A stretch of 64,000 bases of DNA from Eukaryota sp. TZLM1-RC. Taxonomy: Eukaryota; Protista; Metamonada: BaSk clade. Below, in pieces: positions 48,501-61,628 of the stretch (the stretch's first letter is position 1; each line of letters opens with the position of its first letter). Below the pieces are notes generated by a model. The model was given only the letters and a program-made list of their open reading frames with translations, was not told the DNA's origin and searched no databases. The stretch covers positions 1,302,001 through 1,366,000 of the forward strand of contig JAUPSS010000001.1 of the NCBI GenBank assembly GCA_040285825.1. The letters run 5' to 3'. The position numbers were made by a program, and so were the translations under genes.

Positions 48501-50111
48501 ATTCGTGAAGACCTTGTACAGACTTTTTTTTAATGTTTTTATTAAAATGTTTGATCTTAACTATATTCATTCTTACAGACTTTTGAATTGAATTGACATT
48601 TATTTTTCAAGTGTTGATTTGGTTTTTAATTCGTTTACGTCTGCTTTTGACATTAACTCCCGGCACCAGTTCTCATTACAGCTGTGATAGCTGATTTTCA
48701 GTTTCCTTCTGATACCGAGGGTTTTAGAACTTTATTTCTTGAATTAATTTTGGAAACATAGAAAGTCGTTTTAATATAAGGCCATATAAAGTGCCAATGG
48801 ATTGGTTCTTCTACGGTTCATTAAGCCAATCGTGGCACGGTTAGCGGAAAGCTAAAATCCCCCATGGTCATCATGGTCATTGTTATTACATGACATTATG
48901 CATCCTGCGTTTGTTATTGAATGTAGAGGTGTAAAGTGTGAGGCAATGATGCTGCTTTTAGACAAAATTTGTGATATGATTCATGAATTTACTGCTAATG
49001 GATTAGACTGGGAAATTTTACATGCTATGATGAACCAGCACCATCACAAATTTTTGCTGAATCTATAATCTGTGATCCTTTATCAACCATTTCTGAAATT
49101 GAGGTTAAGGATTTTCCCAGCTGCCATCGTTTTTGTCCACAACAATGATAGTTTACAGCTACACTTACTTTGGATATGCGAAATTTCTGGAGTTAGACCA
49201 GGAGTTTTGGATGAATTTATCATGGCACATCTTGATGGAACTCTATGTCGAGATTTCCATCATTAGATGAATTGAATAGATTCAGACAGTCTTTTAATTT
49301 GGTTGAACGTAAACACTGGTAGCAATTACAAAAAAATGAACACAGTGTTTGTGAAAAACAACTTCAAAAAGCTCAAACCGATCACAAAAAGAATGTCAAC
49401 CACAAAATATGTGAAAACTCTTCGTTTTTTCACCCTTTATCCATTGTTGAACTATTTTTTAGGTGTCAAAGCAAAATGTACCCAATTTCTACATTTTTAT
49501 CACCAAATCCTACAATTTCTCTACTATTCGGTTATTGTATGATTCACGACGCTCTCTAGTGTAGATTCTAATTGATGAGAAGGAAAAACACCACTGTGAA
49601 TTTCAAGTTGAGTGTAAAGTTGTCTAGTGCAGAACAATCCCTGTATCAACTTAAACTTCAATGTTTGTTCAAAATAATTGATGTTGAACATTCAACTTGT
49701 TTTGAAAATATTCACCAATTCAATAATTTTTTCATGAAATCTGTTGTTGCATCATGGGCAGGTTTTGGAATTGTTTGTAGTTTTCAGCCCAGTTTTTGTC
49801 AAAAAAATGTGGACTGATCTTTTTGAAATGGCATTTGTTGCTGACACTCTGAAAGTATCCAAGCTGTTAGATTTGTTCAAGAATTTACTGTGAGAAGGAA
49901 ACATCACGTCATTGATTGAGGATCAGGTTGCAAATGCAAAAGATTATTTTTACTACTCTTGAAAAGATGGTTCTTCCTTATTGTCTAAAATGGTCATTCA
50001 TTATCTTCTCCACAATTCCATTCTGATTTTTCCATTTTAGACATGTACAAGTCTTTGTTTATTTTTGACCTAGAAAAACTTACCAATAAACTGAACAAGC
50101 TCTTGAGTTAG

Positions 50112-50821
50112 TTGTTTGATGAACGATCCCAAATTTTGAGAATCGCAGTTTTAGGTGCGGAAAATTTCACAGAATTGACATCTGATCTTTTTTCTATCAG
50201 TCCAGATCTACTTCCAGAAATTCCGCCAGTTTCACGATGTCAAGTTGATTTCACCCAGTTGCCGCCCTTTTATGTCTTCAAGTCCCCTCACATCAGTTCA
50301 AGTTGGGTGTCTATGGTTATAAAAGGTCAGGATTCTTTTCATTTTCCCAACAACACAGCTCTTGTTGTCACAATGCGGTATTTGAGGCAGAACAGTGTTC
50401 CTCTTTATTATCAGACTCAAGGTATTGGTTATTGTTATAGTATCAACATCATCATGGACACCGAACTTGGTTGGATCAAATTTGACTTATTTGAGTCCTG
50501 TAATGCTTTAAAGGGTATTTCCAAGTTCAAAAAAGTCTTACAAAATCTTATTGAAGGTCATAACAGAAACGTTTTTAGTCGAATGTCATGTAGATAAGAT
50601 GTTACAATCTTAAGGTTTTGTCAAAGAATATGGTTGATGAAAATGCTGTATTGAAGAAGCACCATGTTTGGAGAGCTTGCCAACAGTTTCTTTCTCCGTT
50701 TTTTAATGATTTTTTCAAAACCTTTAGCGTAACTTCGACTTCTAAAGCTCAGATTATTGTGGAAAGTCTTGGTAACCAACTAGATGACGATGATTTCTGG
50801 GATTGTGTTGATGATATTTAA
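50112..50821 (+). pseudogene. disrupted hypothetical protein
   Basis: Collinear ORF fragments 50112-50597 and 50618-50821 with protein-like composition; no motif recognised. Confidence 0.3.
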
Positions 50822-52010
50822 AAATTCTGAATTCTTGTACATGGAATTCTTGTACTTGTTTGCTCTTGCTATTCCTTTACTAGTAACTGAAATATTAATT
50901 GTTCATTGGTGGTGTTCATGGTTACGGTATTTTTCTATAATTACAAAAATAAATAATCTGTGGTGATATTCATCTTATTTCAATTAATTATTTGATGTAA
51001 TTTGTTATTTGTAGACAACCATTTTCAAAGCTATCCATGTGTAATTCTTCATTTAATTAGAACATTTAGTAAAACTAGATCAGAACTAATTGGTCTGAAT
51101 TCAATCAACCAAAATTCCTTCTACAAAATCTTGATCTGTCTGCTGTCTCGTTAAAGCTTCTATTATTCGATTGGAACACCAAGGCAATTTATTAATAATG
51201 GCAAATTGATTCAAAAACAGAGTATTTAGGGCAATAATTTAATTGATCACCAATGAAAATAAAGCAGTAGGCCAAAAGATTCACCCTGTTTCACACGAGA
51301 GGATGATTCCAGAGTATATGATTTGAAAATCAATCCGAACTCTTTCCGTACAAAAAGTGAAAAATAAGCAGAAGGTTTAGGACATTTTTTGAACATCACA
51401 AATCAAATACAACTACCGATCTACGCAGTTGAAAGCAGTTTTGTAAATCAAAATTAAAAATGTATTGGCATCAGTCACCATTGAAAAAAATAACTCAAGT
51501 GATTGAAGCCACAGAAGCACCATCAATGGTTTTTATTCCACATTCAAAGGGTTTTAAAAAGGCCTAGTCTCCATGGAATTCTGTTAACATTTAGAGCAGA
51601 AAGTACTGTGGACTAATACCATTTGATTGGTAACTTTTTCCAGATTGACCTACAAAAACCTGTCTCGTCTGCAGTTTGAACTAAAGCGAATGAGTAGACC
51701 GCTGTATGAACACTGATCACAGAAAAAAGGGTTTGTACCATCACTACCTATTTGAATAAGCAAAAATGTACGTTTGATGGTTTTGAGGAAAGTTTTCTCC
51801 CTTCTGAGAAACATTATGATCTATAATGTGCTAGTAGACCCGTTAACAAAAAAAATTATATCAAAAAAATTGAAAAAAATGAACTAAACAGGTACATGTC
51901 AAACATTAACTGAACCCATTGGATTAACATGTAAGACTCTGCTTAAATATCACAAAACACTTCTTATGATGATAAGTGATTTTCAAGATAGGAAGATTGA
52001 AGTTCTCCTA

Positions 52011-52441
52011 TTACGTCCAGGAAGGGCCATCTTCCTGATAGATTTCCCGACCAAATGGCCATAAACTCAGTTTAAATAACCTCCAGTTTGCCTGCAATCA
52101 ATCCACATGCAGTAACATACTATACCAAATGGAATGGTGAAGATCAGAAGGAAGAACACCACTGTGAATAACAAATGGATTAATGAAATACAGAAGAAGA
52201 AGATCAAGAACAGAACATTGAAAACGATGGTCAGCAGATCGTTTTCTGCATCCTCGACAGTGCCAATCCTTTGTCCAAATGGTATGAGAGCTACGAATGC
52301 TAGCCGTCCTAACTGATATCCGAAGGGTATACCAATAATTGTGCTTGCAAGAAAGAAGGCTGATACAAGATATACAATAAAGAATGCCCAACCTATAAAG
52401 ATAACCCATAAGATGTTTAGAAATAGCTGCTTTCCATTCAT
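52011..52441 (-). CDS. YccF-domain membrane protein (two repeats), 133 aa, with a 29-nt intron (52092-52120)
   Basis: LNILWVIFIGW...TIIGIPFG...ALIPFG and second repeat NVLFLIFF...TIPFGI|ANWRLFKLSLWPFGREI, restored by removing GTATGT...TGCAG. Confidence 0.85.
52092..52120 (-). other. 29-nt spliceosomal intron
   Basis: gtatgttactgcatgtggattgattgcag; splicing restores the YccF consensus ...LWPFG. Confidence 0.85.
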
Positions 52442-52753
52442 TTTTGTTATAGCAGTCAATTTTGCAGAGCAAAACACATTGAGGGAACGGTCAACAACTT
52501 AGTAGATATCAATATAACAAAACAGTTACCACGATGACCTCATTTTTTCAGAGATTTCAGATGGAAACAGTCTAAAGTATTCAAGCATTTTGTGTTTGTA
52601 GGATTGAATTAGTATTAAATTTGTCCTGTGTCAACATTCAAATTTGTTTGAATAAAAAATGTATCAAAAAAAGAACATAGATTAAACAAGTGAGCAAGAA
52701 TCAGTGATGTACTTTTGTTCATAAATTCCAACTGGAGTTTCAAAGTTTGACCG

Positions 52754-53135
52754 TGTTGCCCTAAGTCGTGAAGTTAAAATAAAGTTGATTTATTTTCTGT
52801 TCACATTACATATGCTGTAGGGCGTCAACACTGTTTCATCCCGTTTGCAAACTAAATCAGCCTAAATAATATGAGACCAATCTATAAACAAATAACCAAA
52901 TATCTATAATAAACAAACTATAATAAGAATAAGCTACGCTTCCTAAATCTATCATTACGTCTAGGCCGTCTTGTTATTCTTACTAAATATCTTTTAAGCT
53001 TCCTAATGTTTAACCTAGTGGGGTGGCTCCTCTGTTGTCTCACCACCAACTTATTGAACAGTACAAATACTACCGGAATCAGAGCTTTATTCTGAAAGAA
53101 TTGTCTTTATAACGTATTTTTCAGTGTCATCTGCT
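52754..53135 (-). mobile_element. decayed 3' end (77-bp LTR + chromo tail) of a family-B-related Gypsy element
   Basis: LTR 52754-52830 (tgttgacgccc...agggcaaca on the minus strand), degenerate PPT, and CTVQ*VGGETTEEP remnants. Confidence 0.75.
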
Positions 53136-53137
53136 AG

Positions 53138-53273
53138 AGGAGTAACTCCATTAGCTCAAGCTCCACAGCAAGCAGGACGTTCGGTTGGAAAATTTAGAGG
53201 AAGTCCTCAACACAGATACATTCACGAGAAACACATACAAGAGGGTCCTCAAATACTATACATTTTGTAGCAA
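53138..53273 (+). mobile_element. gag fragment of a family-B-related element
   Basis: GVTP...RGSPQHRYIHEKHIQEGP/K.YTFCS aligns with family B GATP...KGTPQNKYVPERHEREGSKFCTFCN. Confidence 0.6.
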
Positions 53274-54090
53274 TGTTGCCTTAGGTTGCAAAAGTGGTTG
53301 AGATAAAGATAATTTATTTTCTATTCATATTATAAAAGCCTTAGGGCGCCAACACTGCTTCTTCCCTTTTTCAGAGCTAATAGGCTTATATAAATATGAA
53401 TCTAAACTATAAACAAATAACTAAATAACTAAATAACTAAATAACTAAATAACTACAAATAACCTAATCTAAACTGAGAATTAGCATCACTTCCTAATTC
53501 TAGTACTGCGTCTAGGCCTCTTGCAAGGCGTAGAGTTATTGGAGGTACTCTTACGTTGACTAGAGGTACGTTTTCCAATTTTCTTGTTATTCCTGCTGAA
53601 CAACTTGTAAGCTTCTGAATGTTTAACTGAATGGAGAGGCTCTTCTGTTGTCTCACCGCCAAACCATTGAACAGTACAGAAACTACCTGAGTCAGAATTA
53701 TATTCTGAGAGGACTTTCTCTATAACATGTTTCTCAGCATCGCCTGCTGCGACTGCCTTTAGAAATCCGATATCCTGAGGATTATCTGCGTTATAGATTT
53801 TACAATATTTCTTGGCAGCTTTTAATTCGGTGCCAGTGATAAGATTCTTTAATAATAAAGTGGAGTTGGAAGGATGGTCTATTACTAAAAAGGGTCCGTT
53901 CCAAGATCCATGTAATTTATTATTCTGTTTGGTTTTACGTAGGACATAGTCACCAATATTAAATACTATAGAGCGCGAATTAGTATTGTCTACTGAAATC
54001 GGAGTATTTGATAATTGATGACGCTCTGCTTCTTCCCTTTTTTCTAGCAGACGAGTATTTTTCATTTTAATATCGTCTAATAAAGGTATA
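53274..54090 (-). mobile_element. second family B copy: 3' LTR + IN C-terminus, interrupted by family C
   Basis: 81-bp LTR 53274-53354 matches the family B LTR; ORF 53487-54065 is near-identical to 46568-47145. Confidence 0.93.
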
Positions 54091-54102
54091 TGTTAGCCTT
54101 GG

Positions 54103-57100
54103 ATAATATTTATAATAGTTTATTTATAGTTTATTAATGGTTATTGTATCATTGCGCCCATGCGCTTAAGTTTAGGGAAATCCTTATTTCCCTGTAATAA
54201 ATTACATTTAAGGTATACTCAATGTCTAACCCCCACAGATCATCAATACGTATTGGATCACCTTTGGGTGGTTCCAATGACAACTCCGAGACTGTTAGGA
54301 CTGATCCTCCTACGTCTCACTCTTCGAGTTCTTCCTCCCGAACTCCTCAGTCGGGACCAGAACAACCCTTGTCAACTGGGCCCGAGGGAAGCAATGCTTC
54401 TCCTCCTCCTGTGTTAACTCCTCCCTCCGGAGATCCTGTTACACAACCCAATGTTACAAGTTCTTCCTCCCAAACTCCTCAGTTGGGAACAGAACAACCC
54501 TCTGGCGGCGAGAGAAGTGATACTTCCTCTCAACCCTCGGGTCAAGGTTCCACTCCATCTACGGATGACGTTCCTGTGGTTCCTATCAGTCTTCCTGTTC
54601 CTCCCTCTAATGTGGAAAACTTTGTACCTCTTTCTCCTCCCCCTGGTTCTGAAGGAGAGGTTGAAGATTCCCTTTTAGGTCCTGAACAGTTCAGTACTTT
54701 AGATGAATATCTGAAGTATGTCATCAACCAGACTGACCCTGACTCGGCTAGCAACAAGATATCTGAGCTGTTGAAGCTCAAGAGGGTAGAGCCTCCCTCT
54801 TCACCTATTGTTTGCGCTCCTGTTGCCCCTTCCACTTCTTCTACGGAAGCTCCTGGGGAAGGACAACAAGTTCTTTCTACTTCTTCTACGGAAGCTCCTG
54901 GGGAAGGACAACAAGCTCCTTCCATTCCTTCTAGAGAAGTACCTATGGAAAGCAGCCCTCCACAACAACCAGCTCCTCCTGCAGTCCCTGCTGGTAGCCC
55001 AAATCCTACTACTCCTTCTCAAGAAGTTCCTGTAGCAGGCCTTCCTGATACTTCTGCTCCTACTACGGTAGCTCCTACAGAAGTCCATTCAACTCCATCT
55101 GTTCCTCCTTCGGGAGTTTCTACTAGAGGAGTAATTCATGTCCCTGCAACCTCTGGCCAGACTCCTCAGCAAGGTCACGTTGTTTCTTCTATTCCTGCTG
55201 CTTGGCAGGTGCTTAGTGCTGCACAGCCTAACACTTATCAAGCCCCAAGCCAGCCCCAGGAATCAGATTCTCCTTTCATCTCTACCCAACAGAGAACTGA
55301 AGCTCAAAACTTAGTTCTCAATGCTGGTATTGAGTTAATGCTAGGAGATCCTGCATCGATTCCTCCCAATGAACTCATTGCTGCTTTACCCCCATTTTGG
55401 GGGTCCAGAAGTGGTTAATGATCACGGCTTTAGGATCCGCAGAAGAATAGGTCCCTACTTCCCAACGGAAGAAGTAGACAATCTTACGGTTCGTTGTGAC
55501 CCTCCTCCAATTTATCCTCAACGGGATACTGTTGGAGGGTTCAGAACTCCTCGTGAAGGTGTACAGAGGATCTTCGCTGGTGATGAGCTGAATCTCTTCC
55601 TCAACCGATGTAACCCATGTCCTTTCCCCAGGTTTAGCCCTGGATACAATGCCTCTCTTGATATTTATATCAATAGAGACTTCAGGACTGGATGGTGGTA
55701 CACTTACACTACGAACTACCAAAGATTGTACCTTCAAGACCGCAGACCAGACCATTGCGCGTCATATTTTGGTCCAGAACATAGAAGGAATAGGCCACTA
55801 AGGGACGCCCTGATGAATGTACAGGAGAACATTGGTGTCACCAATTCTAGTTCTCTTCTGTGGGTCAATGTTGATGGTAATGTGCAAAGTTACTATCCGA
55901 GCGATCATGACCCAGTAGAATTGAGAACTTCTGAGCCTGACCCAGTTGAGACAGACACAGTTTTCTCATCTTTGAGCATTGAGCCTCAAGATGACCAACA
56001 ACAAGATGAGCCAATGGCGACTACTGACACTGTTGAGTCAGTGCAACAATCTGTAGTTGTCCAATCTCAGGATCCATCAACTCCTTCCCAGGTTCCTCAG
56101 GACCCTAGGCTCCTAGGAGTAACTCCTTCTAACACTCCCATAGCTCCCCAGTATTCCAACACCCTACTGATGGAAGCTATGGCGAGTTCACAAGATAGAG
56201 ATAGAGATAGACAAAGAGGTGGTCGTCCTAGAAAACCCACCCTGGAAGCCAACGATATCTCTGACCCAGTAAGGATCTTGAAATTCATCGACAGATTTAT
56301 TCTGTATGCTAGGACTGAGAGGACCATTGAAGAGAGAGACATCAATGAATCTGATCCTACTCAAGTCAGACTAGCAAGAGAAGTGTCTGAATTAAGAAGG
56401 CAACTTGAGGAACGTTCTCGTCCTCCTGCCACTCCTCAATCCATAAGCAGAGAAAACCGGAACCTCCCTCTCGATCAGAGATATGGTAACCCCCTCCACG
56501 AGTGGGACCGATTCAGAGCTGCTGCTCAAGTCGACCCTCGCAGGATCGCCTCCTGTGTTACTCCAGAATGCTTGGCCGCTCTGAGAGCTCAAGGCAGGTT
56601 TTCGTCCATGTCTGATAGTATCTCAGCTATCGACAACATCAATGAGGAGCAAATATGGGAATCGATTTTACACCTCAGCCAGTATAGTACATTAGAAACG
56701 GCGAGGAATCAGTTATATAGAGTCCAGATGAATTGGAATATTCAGGACTTTAGGAATCGCTGGGGCGACTTCACAGTGAGGCTAATGAGAACGGTTTCAC
56801 GAAGTACTGCCATTTCTGACGTCAGGGCAAGCGACCGTGCCTTGTATGGTCAACACTTTCTACAGCGTATTCAAAACTGGGAAATTGCAACCCATATGAT
56901 CGATTCTGTTGGTATTCAGGCCATCAGTGACAACCTGAGAACAGTATGGTCCACACCCAATGTTTGGCAACACCATACTTTACAACAATTTGTCGACATC
57001 CTTGCTGCTGAATACATGAGTTGGTGTTCAGCAAGATCCTATGACGAGCAAAGGGCCAACATCAGTGACAGCTATCAACAACATATGGGTCACTACGTTA

Positions 57101-60100
57101 GAGCAAACCCAAAGGACAAGAAAAGAATAGGCAAATTTAAGCCTGCGGGTTCCAGCGTCGCCCCTGCTCAACTTACCAAAAGGAGCAAGTCGCAAATTAA
57201 GAAAGAAAGAGATAAAGCTGGTCTCTGTAGATTCTGTGGTCTTCCAGGCCACTCCATTAACGAATGTCCCGACCCTGATTGCCAGCGATCCAAGCAATGG
57301 CGAGAAGCCAACCCAGATGCCGTTCGAGCATATTTGGCTAGGGGTAGTAGTAATAGTAGTAGTAGAGGCAGAGGTAGACGTAGAGGAAGAGGCAAGGGCC
57401 CTTCTAGTAGTAATAAACGTTCCCATAAATATTCTATGTTTACTATAGAGCAAGATAGCTCTCCAACAGGTAATACATCAAAGCAACGTTCAAACAAATG
57501 TTCCTTGTTTACTATAGAGCAAGACAGCTCTCCAGCACGTAAAACACCAAACATAAAACAAACCTCAGTCTCCAACCAGTGGATTAAGTGCTTAACTAAT
57601 CCTTTGACTACCCAGAATTTTAAAACAGCTACAACGATAGAAACACCAAATAAACCCTGTTTCATTCATGAGTTCGACTCGAACCCAGACTCAGAGTCCC
57701 ACAGTGATATCTTCATGGTTCGCACCTCAGATGTCGCACGCAAAAATTTAAAATTGAAATTTTCAATAAATAACTGCGAAATAGAAGGGATCATCGACTC
57801 TGGAGCTTCGATATCAGTCATCACTGTTGATCTAGCAGAGAGATGCAACATGGTAAAGACTAACCATAATATTTATAATAGTTTATTTATAGTTTATTAA
57901 TGGTTATTGTATCATTGCGCCCATGCGCTTAAGTTTAGGGAAATCCTTATTTCCCTGTAATAAATTACATTTAAGGTATACTCAATGTCTAACCCCCACA
58001 GATCATCAATACGTATTGGATCACCTTTGGGTGGTTCCAATGACAACTCCGAGACTGTTAGGACTGATCCTCCTACGTCTCACTCTTCGAGTTCTTCCTC
58101 CCGAACTCCTCAGTCGGGACCAGAACAACCCTTGTCAACTGGGCCCGAGGGAAGCAATGCTTCTCCTCCTCCTGTGTTAACTCCTCCCTCCGGAGATCCT
58201 GTTACACAACCCAATGTTACAAGTTCTTCCTCCCAAACTCCTCAGTTGGGAACAGAACAACCCTCTGGCGGCGAGAGAAGTGATACTTCCTCTCAACCCT
58301 CGGGTCAAGGTTCCACTCCATCTACGGATGACGTTCCTGTGGTTCCTATCAGTCTTCCTGTTCCTCCCTCTAATGTGGAAAACTTTGTACCTCTTTCTCC
58401 TCCCCTGGTTCTGAAGGAGAGGTTGAAGATTCCCTTTTAGGTCCTGAACAGTTCAGTACTTTAGATGAATATCTGAAGTATGTCATCAACCAGACTGACC
58501 CTGACTCGGCTAGCAACAAGATATCTGAGCTGTTGAAGCTCAAGAGGGTAGAGCCTCCCTCTTCACCTATTGTTTGCGCTCCTGTTGCCCCTTCCACTTC
58601 TTCTACGGAAGCTCCTGGGGAAGGACAACAAGTTCTTTCTACTTCTTCTACGGAAGCTCCTGGGGAAGGACAACAAGCTCCTTCCATTCCTTCTAGAGAA
58701 GTACCTATGGAAAGCAGCCCTCCACAACAACCAGCTCCTCCTGCAGTCCCTGCTGGTAGCCCAAATCCTACTACTCCTTCTCAAGAAGTTCCTGTAGCAG
58801 GCCTTCCTGATACTTCTGCTCCTACTACGGTAGCTCCTACAGAAGTCCATTCAACTCCATCTGTTCCTCCTTCGGGAGTTTCTACTAGAGGAGTAATTCA
58901 TGTCCCTGCAACCTCTGGCCAGACTCCTCAGCAAGGTCACGTTGTTTCTTCTATTCCTGCTGCTTGGCAGGTGCTTAGTGCTGCACAGCCTAACACTTAT
59001 CAAGCCCCAAGCCAGCCCCAGGAATCAGATTCTCCTTTCATCTCTACCCAACAGAGAACTGAAGCTCAAAACTTAGTTCTCAATGCTGGTATTGAGTTAA
59101 TGCTAGGAGATCCTGCATCGATTCCTCCCAATGAACTCATTGCTGCTTTACCCCCATTTTGGGGTCCAGAAGTGGTTAATGATCACGGCTTTAGGATCCG
59201 CAGAAGAATAGGTCCCTACTTCCCAACGGAAGAAGTAGACAATCTTACGGTTCGTTGTGACCCTCCTCCAATTTATCCTCAACGGGATACTGTTGGAGGG
59301 TTCAGAACTCCTCGTGAAGGTGTACAGAGGATCTTCGCTGGTGATGAGCTGAATCTCTTCCTCAACCGATGTAACCCATGTCCTTTCCCCAGGTTTAGCC
59401 CTGGATACAATGCCTCTCTTGATATTTATATCAATAGAGACTTCAGGACTGGATGGTGGTACACTTACACTACGAACTACCAAAGATTGTACCTTCAAGA
59501 CCGCAGACCAGACCATTGCGCGTCATATTTTGGTCCAGAACATAGAAGGAATAGGCCACTAAGGGACGCCCTGATGAATGTACAGGAGAACATTGGTGTC
59601 ACCAATTCTAGTTCTCTTCTGTGGGTCAATGTTGATGGTAATGTGCAAAGTTACTATCCGAGCGATCATGACCCAGTAGAATTGAGAACTTCTGAGCCTG
59701 ACCCAGTTGAGACAGACACAGTTTTCTCATCTTTGAGCATTGAGCCTCAAGATGACCAACAACAAGATGAGCCAATGGCGACTACTGACACTGTTGAGTC
59801 AGTGCAACAATCTGTAGTTGTCCAATCTCAGGATCCATCAACTCCTTCCCAGGTTCCTCAGGACCCTAGGCTCCTAGGAGTAACTCCTTCTAACACTCCC
59901 ATAGCTCCCCAGTATTCCAACACCCTACTGATGGAAGCTATGGCGAGTTCACAAGATAGAGATAGAGATAGACAAAGAGGTGGTCGTCCTAGAAAACCCA
60001 CCCTGGAAGCCAACGATATCTCTGACCCAGTAAGGATCTTGAAATTCATCGACAGATTTATTCTGTATGCTAGGACTGAGAGGACCATTGAAGAGAGAGA

Positions 60101-61628
60101 CATCAATGAATCTGATCCTACTCAAGTCAGACTAGCAAGAGAAGTGTCTGAATTAAGAAGGCAACTTGAGGAACGTTCTCGTCCTCCTGCCACTCCTCAA
60201 TCCATAAGCAGAGAAAACCGGAACCTCCCTCTCGATCAGAGATATGGTAACCCCCTCCACGAGTGGGACCGATTCAGAGCTGCTGCTCAAGTCGACCCTC
60301 GCAGGATCGCCTCCTGTGTTACTCCAGAATGCTTGGCCGCTCTGAGAGCTCAAGGCAGGTTTTCGTCCATGTCTGATAGTATCTCAGCTATCGACAACAT
60401 CAATGAGGAGCAAATATGGGAATCGATTTTTACACCTCAGCCAGTATAGTACATTAGAAACGGCGAGGAATCAGTTATATAGAGTCCAGATGAATTGGAA
60501 TATTCAGGACTTTAGGAATCGCTGGGGCGACTTCACAGTGAGGCTAATGAGAACGGTTTCACGAAGTACTGCCATTTCTGACGTCAGGGCAAGCGACCGT
60601 GCCTTGTATGGTCAACACTTTCTACAGCGTATTCAAAACTGGGAAATTGCAACCCATATGATCGATTCTGTTGGTATTCAGGCCATCAGTGACAACCTGA
60701 GAACAGTATGGTCCACACCCAATGTTTGGCAACACCATACTTTACAACAATTTGTCGACATCCTTGCTGCTGAATACATGAGTTGGTGTTCAGCAAGATC
60801 CTATGACGAGCAAAGGGCCAACATCAGTGACAGCTATCAACAACATATGGGTCACTACGTTAGAGCAAACCCAAAGGACAAGAAAAGAATAGGCAAATTT
60901 AAGCCTGCGGGTTCCAGCGTCGCCCCTGCTCAACTTACCAAAAGGAGCAAGTCGCAAATTAAGAAAGAAAGAGATAAAGCTGGTCTCTGTAGATTCTGTG
61001 GTCTTCCAGGCCACTCCATTAACGAATGTCCCGACCCTGATTGCCAGCGATCCAAGCAATGGCGAGAAGCCAACCCAGATGCCGTTCGAGCATATTTGGC
61101 TAGGGGTAGTAGTAATAGTAGTAGTAGAGGCAGAGGTAGACGTAGAGGAAGAGGCAAGGGCCCTTCTAGTAGTAATAAACGTTCCCATAAATATTCTATG
61201 TTTACTATAGAGCAAGATAGCTCTCCAACAGGTAATACATCAAAGCAACGTTCAAACAAATGTTCCTTGTTTACTATAGAGCAAGACAGCTCTCCAGCAC
61301 GTAAAACACCAAACATAAAACAAACCTCAGTCTCCAACCAGTGGATTAAGTGCTTAACTAATCCTTTGACTACCCAGAATTTTAAAACAGCTACAACGAT
61401 AGAAACACCAAATAAACCCTGTTTCATTCATGAGTTCGACTCGAACCCAGACTCAGAGTCCCACAGTGATATCTTCATGGTTCGCACCTCAGATGTCGCA
61501 CGCAAAAATTTAAAATTGAAATTTTCAATAAATAACTGCGAAATAGAAGGGATCATCGACTCTGGAGCTTCGATATCAGTCATCACTGTTGATCTAGCAG
61601 AGAGATGCAACATGGTAAAGACTAACCA
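54103..61628 (+). repeat. near-perfect tandem duplication (54103-57865 repeated from 57866)
   Basis: Offset 3763 bp (ORF starts 54222 vs 57985); junction ...actaacc-AT-aatattt with 2-bp microhomology. Confidence 0.9.
54228..54273 (+). promoter_or_regulatory. palindromic stem at the PBS position (aacc-ccca-ca-gatc-at-CAATACGTATTG-gatc-acctt-tggg-t-ggtt)
   Basis: Perfect palindrome 54244-54255 (duplicate at 58007-58018); flanking gatc/gatc, ccca/tggg and aacc/ggtt pairings. Confidence 0.8.

Noticed and set aside
19067-54090. Target-site sequence preference of the LTR elements (GCAA seen twice)
   Set aside because: Other sites are TATC, AATG and TATA; too few and too varied to support a consensus
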